Below are positions 58,412 to 64,000 of a stretch of DNA of 64,000 nt, in pieces (position 1 is the first letter of the stretch; each line of letters begins with the position of its first letter). The notes beneath the pieces are model-generated. The model made no database searches and was not told the DNA's origin. It saw only the letters and a list, made by a program, of their open reading frames with translations. The stretch comes from an uncultured Bacteroidia bacterium (GTDB taxonomy: Bacteria; Bacteroidota; Bacteroidia; Bacteroidales; CAJPTX01): contig CAMXWF010000006.1 in assembly GCA_947252645.1 (NCBI GenBank), forward strand, positions 64,697-128,696, written 5' to 3'. The position numbers and the translations under genes were made by a program.

Positions 58412-58689
58412 ACTTACGCCCTGGAAGCGAAGCTTATGCGGAGTTTATACGTACTTAATGTCTATTTTGACAATAGACTGATCTGCAAGTTTTTATTTTC
58501 TTCATGACACCTTGGCAGAAGACCGCCTGCGGGGGAGGAGAAGGGGGGAGTAGCAGGTTGCACGGGGTGAGCGCAGAGATGCGGGCGCAGGACGAAGCCA
58601 GCAGCCAGGTCGACCTCCACGACGCCCGCTACTCCTCAGTGCAACTACTATACCACCTGGACACTGCCGGGGCATGGGCTGTGCCAATC

Positions 58690-58735
58690 AGCCTAAACGA
58701 AGCCTCCGCGCGCTGGGATGCCCGGCGCGCGGAGG
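58690..58735 (-). terminator. Hairpin downstream of the tricorn-like gene
   Basis: An 11-bp GC-rich stem cctccgcgcgc / gcgcgcggagg is followed on the minus strand by CTTCGTTTAGG. The T tract is weak. Confidence 0.4.
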
Positions 58736-58752
58736 TAAGGAGGTGGAAACGA

Positions 58753-61700
58753 TTACTTAGAGTACTTGGCATCGATCGTTGTCCACGGGCTATTGCCCTT
58801 GGCCTGGTCGCACTCCTGGAGGAGGACCTGGACGGCCTTCTCTATCTGGGTATCGTGACCTTTGGCGGCCTTTTGGTAGTCGAAGCGGACCTTGACGTCG
58901 GGCTCGAGCTGCTGGTTTTCCAGATAGCGGTCGTGGCTGTCGATGTAGCCCACGATGGGGATGCCGAAGTAGAGACTCTGGTCGATGAGGGTTTCCCACC
59001 AGACGCTGGTCATGGTGCCCGGGATGGGCATGCCGACGAGCTTCCCGAGGCGTTGGTGCTTGTAGACCCACGGTGTGCCGTGGGCATTGCTGTAGTTGGC
59101 CTCGCCGATGAGCATGATGCTGGGCTTGGTCCAGCGTTTGCGGGGCTGCTCGCCCACGAAGTGCTCACGGGGCACTTGGTCGAGATACTTGGTGCCGGAG
59201 AAGAGCACCTCAATATCCTCATGGAGATGGCCGCCGCCGTTGTAGCGCGTGTCGATGACCACGCCCTCGCGATCGTTGCTCAGGCCGAAGAGCTGCTTAT
59301 AGACGTTGCGGTAGCTCTCGGAATTCATGCTTCGGATATGGACGTAGCCGAGGCGGCCGTTGGAGAGGCTATCGACCTCATGGCGACGCTGCTCGACCCA
59401 GCGGTCGTAGAGCAAATTGCGTAGCGCGCCCAGGGAGATAGGCTTGACAATGTGGTTCTGCCCTGCCAGGGTAATCCGGATGCGCTCGCCAACGGTGTTG
59501 GCCAGGGCCTCATTGAGCTGTACCTGGGTGCTCACGGGGCGCCCGTTGACTTGGGTGAGGCGATCGCCAGGCTTGACCTTGATGTCGGCCTTATCGCAGG
59601 GGCCTCCGCGCAGCACCTCGGTGACCACGAGGCCCTTGGCATCGGGGTGAGGCCCAAAGAATAGCCCTAGAGTGCCCGTGGAGGCATAGGCTGGGCTTTT
59701 GCCGCCCCCCGTGTAGCCCGAGCCGGTGTGGGAGGCGTTGAGCTCGCCGAGCATCTCGCTGAGCAGGTCGGCAAAGTCGTAGTTGTTATTGATATGGGGG
59801 AGGAATTTCTCGTAGACGCCCTTGTAGTAGGCCCAGTCGATGCCATTGAGGTCGGTGCGATAGAACTTGTCGACCACCTGCTGCCAGACGTGCTGGAACA
59901 TGTAGGCGCGTTCCTCCACGGGCCTATACTCAAAGGGGGCGCTGACGGTAACGCGTTCCTTGGAGCAATCGGGCAGAGCCACGACCTGGAGGGTCTTGGA
60001 GTCGGCTATCAGGAGGTTGCTTCCATCCTTGTCAACATAGAAGGCGCCCCCGTCAGCTTCGAGGCTCAAGGCCTGTTTGGGTTCTTTTTCGCGCAGGTTC
60101 ATCTTCCAGAGGTTGTAGTCGCCCTCAAGGGCACAGAGGAAGTAGAGGTTTTTTCCCTTTTGGTCGACGAAGTAATCGGCCAGGTCGCAGCTAAAGGGTG
60201 TGAGTCGGACAATGCGACGCTCGGGTTGATCGAGCTCGAGCTGCATGGGCTTGGGGGCGTTGTCCTCCTTGTTGCCCTTCTTGGCTTTCTTGTCCTTCTT
60301 ATCGTTGGCGTTGTCCTCGGCGTCGCTGCTATCGTTCTTCCCCTCGAGGGAGGCCTCGAACTTGTCCTTCATGTACTCGTCGTAGGCGGCCTGCGTGGTG
60401 AAGAAGGCGTAGACGTCTTCTTGAGCGCCCCAGCTGGCTTGTTCCCGAAGGCCATTGCGGTCGCTGCGCCAGATAATCATCTTGCCATCGGCGGCGAACT
60501 TGGGGGCGGACTCGGTATAGCCGCTGTGGGTGATGTTGAAGATCTTCCCGTTGCCCTCGGCGGAGACGATGCCGATGTCGGTGTTGGGCCAGCGGTGCAT
60601 GGCGTTGAAATCCATGACGAGCCAGAGGCCATCGGGCGACCAGTCGAAGCTCAGGTCCCCATCGGCGTAGGAGTAGTTTTGGCTTCCGTCGGTGATCTGG
60701 GTCAGGGCCTTGGAGGCCACGTCGATGACCATAAGCTTCGTGCGATTCTGCAGGAAGGCCACCTTCTTGCCATCGGGGGAAAAGCGTGGCTGGAAGTTCT
60801 GGTTACCATCCTTGAGCAGCACCTCTTCGTTGATCATGGTGGCCTCGGCGAATGATTTTTCCTTGGGATCGGCTATGCGGGCTAGATAGAGATTCCAGGA
60901 TCCATCGCGTTCACCGGCGTAGACGAGGGTGCGCCCATCGGAGCAGAAGTCCACGCTGCGCTCCTGGGTTGGGGTATTAGTAATGCGGGTGGTTTGGTCG
61001 AATTCGACGGAGGCGACATAGACCTCCCCGTGGGCCACGTAGGCCACTTCCTTGGCCTTGGGCGAGAGGGCAGCGCTAGAGATCTCCCGACGCAAAGTGT
61101 TATACTCCACGGGGAGCTCATCGTTGGGTTGGCTGATGGTGATGTTGAGCTTGCTGGGCTGGGCCTGATCGCCCCGCTGGGTGTAGATTTCGCCATCGTA
61201 GGTGTAGCAGAGGGTGGCGTTGTTGGCCACGGAGAGAGACCTGACGGGGTTCTTCTCGAAGTGGGTGACCTGCACGGGTGTGCCGTTGGCCGCGAGCGGG
61301 AGCTTGTAGACGTTCATTGAGCCACCGTTGCGCTCGCTGAGGAAGTAGAAATGCTGGCCGTCGGGCGCGATGACGGGGTTGCGATCTTCGCCTGGGCGGT
61401 CGATGAGCTGGGTGAAGGTGGCTGAGCTGAAGTCGTAGCGCCAAATGTCGCGGGTAATGGAGCTGACGTGGTGCTTACGGAAGGGGTCTTCATTGCCCTT
61501 CACGTCCTCGAAGAGGAAGAATTGCCCGTCCTTGGAGGGGGAGAGGGCCGCGAGGGGATGGGTGAGGACTCTGGTAGGCTCACCGCCCTTGATGGAGATG
61601 CGATAGAGCGACTTGGTCCACCCGGTGTAGAAGATGGCGGACTTGCTATCGGGCATGTAAAGCGCGGTGAAGTAGATGCTATCGCCTTTGGCATTGAGGG

Positions 61701-62055
61701 CGAGGGGTACCTCGTAGGCCGAGCTGTTCGTCAGCCTCGTGGGCTGGCCGCCCTGGGCTGACACGGAGAAGATGTCGAAGCTCCCGTAGCTATCTGAGAC
61801 GTAGACGATGGTTTGGCCATCGGGGGTCCAAAGGGGCCTAGCGGCATAGTAGAGCCCCGTGGTGAGCGGGCGGGCTTCCCCACCCTGCGCCGAGACCACA
61901 TAGAGCGCGCCTCGGTAGGAGAAGGCGACCTGCTGCCCATCGGGCGAGATACTGGGCGTACGCAGCCAGAGCGGGGGGGTGGATTGGGCAAACAGAACCT
62001 GCAGACCGGCTAGCAGGAGCAGCAGGGAAAGGGAGAAAACGGATTTGAAGCGCAT
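58753..62055 (-). CDS. Tricorn-like protease: beta-propeller (PD40-type) repeats, PDZ and an S41 peptidase domain
   Basis: The start is set at MRFKSVFSLSLLLLLAGLQVLFAQ. WD40/PD40-like repeats recur (SPDG...). A PDZ region (GLVVTEVLRGGPCDKADIKVGD) and the S41 motif IDTRYNGGG...LIGEANYSNA follow. Confidence 0.8.
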   Translation of the reverse strand: MRFKSVFSLSLLLLLAGLQVLFAQSTPPLWLRTPSISPDGQQVAFSYRGALYVVSAQGGEARPLTTGLYYAARPLWTPDGQTIVYVSDSYGSFDIFSVSAQGGQPTRLTNSSAYEVPLALNAKGDSIYFTALYMPDSKSAIFYTGWTKSLYRISIKGGEPTRVLTHPLAALSPSKDGQFFLFEDVKGNEDPFRKHHVSSITRDIWRYDFSSATFTQLIDRPGEDRNPVIAPDGQHFYFLSERNGGSMNVYKLPLAANGTPVQVTHFEKNPVRSLSVANNATLCYTYDGEIYTQRGDQAQPSKLNITISQPNDELPVEYNTLRREISSAALSPKAKEVAYVAHGEVYVASVEFDQTTRITNTPTQERSVDFCSDGRTLVYAGERDGSWNLYLARIADPKEKSFAEATMINEEVLLKDGNQNFQPRFSPDGKKVAFLQNRTKLMVIDVASKALTQITDGSQNYSYADGDLSFDWSPDGLWLVMDFNAMHRWPNTDIGIVSAEGNGKIFNITHSGYTESAPKFAADGKMIIWRSDRNGLREQASWGAQEDVYAFFTTQAAYDEYMKDKFEASLEGKNDSSDAEDNANDKKDKKAKKGNKEDNAPKPMQLELDQPERRIVRLTPFSCDLADYFVDQKGKNLYFLCALEGDYNLWKMNLREKEPKQALSLEADGGAFYVDKDGSNLLIADSKTLQVVALPDCSKERVTVSAPFEYRPVEERAYMFQHVWQQVVDKFYRTDLNGIDWAYYKGVYEKFLPHINNNYDFADLLSEMLGELNASHTGSGYTGGGKSPAYASTGTLGLFFGPHPDAKGLVVTEVLRGGPCDKADIKVKPGDRLTQVNGRPVSTQVQLNEALANTVGERIRITLAGQNHIVKPISLGALRNLLYDRWVEQRRHEVDSLSNGRLGYVHIRSMNSESYRNVYKQLFGLSNDREGVVIDTRYNGGGHLHEDIEVLFSGTKYLDQVPREHFVGEQPRKRWTKPSIMLIGEANYSNAHGTPWVYKHQRLGKLVGMPIPGTMTSVWWETLIDQSLYFGIPIVGYIDSHDRYLENQQLEPDVKVRFDYQKAAKGHDTQIEKAVQVLLQECDQAKGNSPWTTIDAKYSK

Positions 62056-62110
62056 AAACGAACAGAAAGTTTGATAGACAGGCAAAGCTAGTGAAATATT
62101 CCCATATGCG

Positions 62111-63391
62111 CTAGTCCTTCAAGCAGCCAATGGGGACAATGAGGACACCATCCTCACGTCGGAAGGCATAGGGCGTGAGCCCAGAGAGAACCATGAGGAA
62201 GGCGGGCGGGGGCATGCGGGAGGTGTCGATTTTAGAGGCTAACTTTTTCAGAGAGGTAGCAGCCTCCTCGATCCATCGATCACCTCCAAGCTTTATCTCA
62301 ACTAGGCCATAATGGCCATTGCGAAGGTGTATGACGGCATCGCACTCCAGGCCATTCTTGTCGCGATAGTGGTACACCTGCCCATCGAGCGCATCAGCAT
62401 AGACCCTCAAGTCCCTAACGGCCATGGTTTCAAAGAGCAAACCCATGGTCTCTGGGTCTTGGAGTAGATCGTTAGGCCCGATTCCCAAAGCTGCGGTGGC
62501 GATAGAGGGATCAGTGAAATAGCGGGTATCGGAGGTGCGGATGGCCGTTCTGGAGCGCAGGTTGGGATTCCAAGCTGGGGCATCCTCAATGACGAAAAAG
62601 GACTTGAGGGAGTCCACATAAGCAGATACGGTTCTCGCATCAATAGCTGAGACAGGATCTGAGGCGAAATCAGCCGAAATAGTATTAAACGAGGCTTGTG
62701 TACTCTGGTGTCGCGCATAGGAGCGCATAAGATGCTTTACTCGGGTGGGATTGTGAGGAAATGGGCCAACACGATCAATGTCAACAGATCCCAGAGCGCC
62801 AAGATAGTCCAAGGCAGGCCGTAAGGATGCCGCTCTCGGCAGGATAGTAGAGCTAGGCCAACCACCACGACAAATTAGTTATGCTATATCAGCAATTTTA
62901 AGGTCATTCACTGCGGCCACCTCTACCTCTGGTCTGAATAGGTCCCCGAGGCATACTCTACCATTCGAATCACCCGACTCCCAGAGGCTCATGGTGCGCA
63001 TAGTAAGCCAGGAAAAGCGTCCTGTACCTGAGTGATGTATTTGCGATCTGTCAGCTGGGACAGCGCTCCCTGTGAGGATAAACTGTCCCGGTTCCCCCCG
63101 ATCGTCAACTGCTCGGCGCACCGAGTCCCATAGCGTTGGGGCAAGCTGCCACTCATCAAGCAAGCGCGGGGTAGCCCCCTCAAGCAGAAGTGCCGGGGAA
63201 AGCTTGGCCATTTGCCGGTATTTCATGCCATTTCCCAGATCATCAAGCGAGAGCACACTACCTGCAATTTGGGCTGCTGTAGTTGTTTTCCCACACCATT
63301 TTGGCCCCTGGATAAGAACCGCACCAACTGACCTAAGCCTTTCTGATAGGATTTTATCGGCTATGCGCGGACGATAAATCTTGCTTGGCAT
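62111..63391 (-). pseudogene. AAA-family ATPase (AAA_14 + DUF4143 architecture) interrupted by one in-frame TAA
   Basis: The ORFs 62879-63391 (Walker A GPKWCGKTT) and 62111-62812 are in the same frame. Reading through the TAA at 62879-62881 gives ...ADIA*LICRGGWPSSTILPRAASLRPALDYLGAL..., one continuous 427-codon frame. Confidence 0.75.
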
Positions 63392-63448
63392 CCCTGTAGC
63401 GTATAACTAGCATGTAAGCTGCTGCGAAGGTAGAGATTTTGTGCCACA

Positions 63449-63531
63449 TAGTAGCATTTGGCGCAATTCCATTGTAGCGTTTGGCCGACTTTCAATGTAG
63501 CATTCGGCGCAGTTCCATTGTAGCGTTTGGC
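63449..63531. repeat. Four 23-bp-phased repeats (core TGTAGCRTTYGGC) organised as a 46-bp unit x2
   Basis: gtagcatttggcgcaattccattgtagcgtttggc (63450-63484) matches gtagcattcggcgcagttccattgtagcgtttggc (63496-63530). Confidence 0.85.
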
Positions 63532-63573
63532 TGGTATTCTATGCTGGTTTTGGCCAAAAGGGCTGTACTCCCA

Positions 63574-63610
63574 GATAAAAGGCCGGGGGAGCATTTCTAC
63601 TCCCCCGGCC
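63574..63610 (-). terminator. Intrinsic terminator after the T9SS-CTD protein gene
   Basis: A 10-bp stem ggccggggga / tcccccggcc is followed on the minus strand by TTTTATCT. Confidence 0.55.
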
Positions 63611-63629
63611 AAAGACTAGCTACTAGGTG

Positions 63630-64000
63630 CTACCGCTGCACCAGCAGCTGGAGCGTTCTGACGGACTGCCCATCGCTGAGGATCAGGTAGACCACGCCTT
63701 CGGGCAAGGTGCGCACCGAGAGGGTCAGCTCGTGCTCGCCGGTGAGTTCCTGGCGGTGGAGCAGGTGCCCCATGGCGTTGCGCAGCTCCACAAAGCGGAT
63801 ACCTTCCACGTTTTCCAGCACCACGTGGTCTGTGGCGGGGTTGGGGTAGAGAAGTACCTGCGCTAGAGCCTGAGCCTCTACGGGACTCGGGGTGGACGGC
63901 GTGGAGACCTTGGCCAGCTTGTAGCTCTTGGCCAGGTTGGCCCCGCTGACCGTGAGGGTCTCGGAGACCGTCTGGTAGTCCGTGCGCTCGATGGTCAACG
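63630..64000 (-). CDS. C-terminal part of a secreted protein carrying a T9SS (Por) C-terminal sorting domain; the gene continues right of the window
   Basis: The tail LLYPNPATDHVVLENVEG...LSVRTLPEGVVYLILSDGQSVRTLQLLVQR matches the typical T9SS CTD pattern. Confidence 0.75.
   Translation of the reverse strand, partial: LTIERTDYQTVSETLTVSGANLAKSYKLAKVSTPSTPSPVEAQALAQVLLYPNPATDHVVLENVEGIRFVELRNAMGHLLHRQELTGEHELTLSVRTLPEGVVYLILSDGQSVRTLQLLVQR

Overview
This is a GC-rich chromosomal segment. Hand counts of single 60-nt lines give 41/60 G+C at 5641-5700, against 26/60 at 7681-7740 and 26/60 at 62881-62940. Gene content and signals suggest a Bacteroidota-type organism (inference). The evidence is a short SigA/RpoD beginning [15 protein letters not shown], TAnnTTTG -7-type boxes 20-45 nt upstream of several starts, TonB-dependent receptors, carboxypeptidase-regulatory-like domains, and a T9SS-type C-terminal sorting domain at the right edge. 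I can support about 47 protein genes, 2 tRNAs (Ser-TGA, Arg-TCT), several intrinsic terminators and several repeat structures. I see no CRISPR array, rRNA or intact mobile element. Most genes are housekeeping: queF, rpoD, dapF, clpB, iorAB, msrA, pncB, recG, holB, waaA, kbl, mltG, DPP-IV, PepP, an M20 dipeptidase and a tricorn-like S41 protease. Seven things are unusual. (1) A tandem segmental duplication at 49411-52423 (1292 bp plus 1721 bp) has microhomology junctions, mosaic identity, a chimeric gene remnant and a second rhomboid copy that has lost its catalytic serine. (2) The promoter and first ten codons of a DNA-alkylation-repair-like gene are duplicated at 45881-46347. The upstream copy has been converted by a 21-bp tandem array into a 32-codon Cys/Pro heptad mini-ORF, and an inverted copy of the repeat core lies between the two copies. 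(3) A seven-gene cluster at 7623-13321 encodes only signal-peptide/lipobox proteins of unknown function, and its distal part is visibly AT-richer. (4) An orphan methyl-accepting chemotaxis protein is present. (5) A small repeat family with CCGYAC hexamers phased at 11 bp occurs at two loci. (6) An AT-rich AAA-ATPase (DUF4143-type) gene is split by a single in-frame TAA and preceded by four 23-bp-phased repeats. (7) Tandem terminators leave unassigned transcribed-looking gaps. Family names come from motif recognition by eye, not from database searches.
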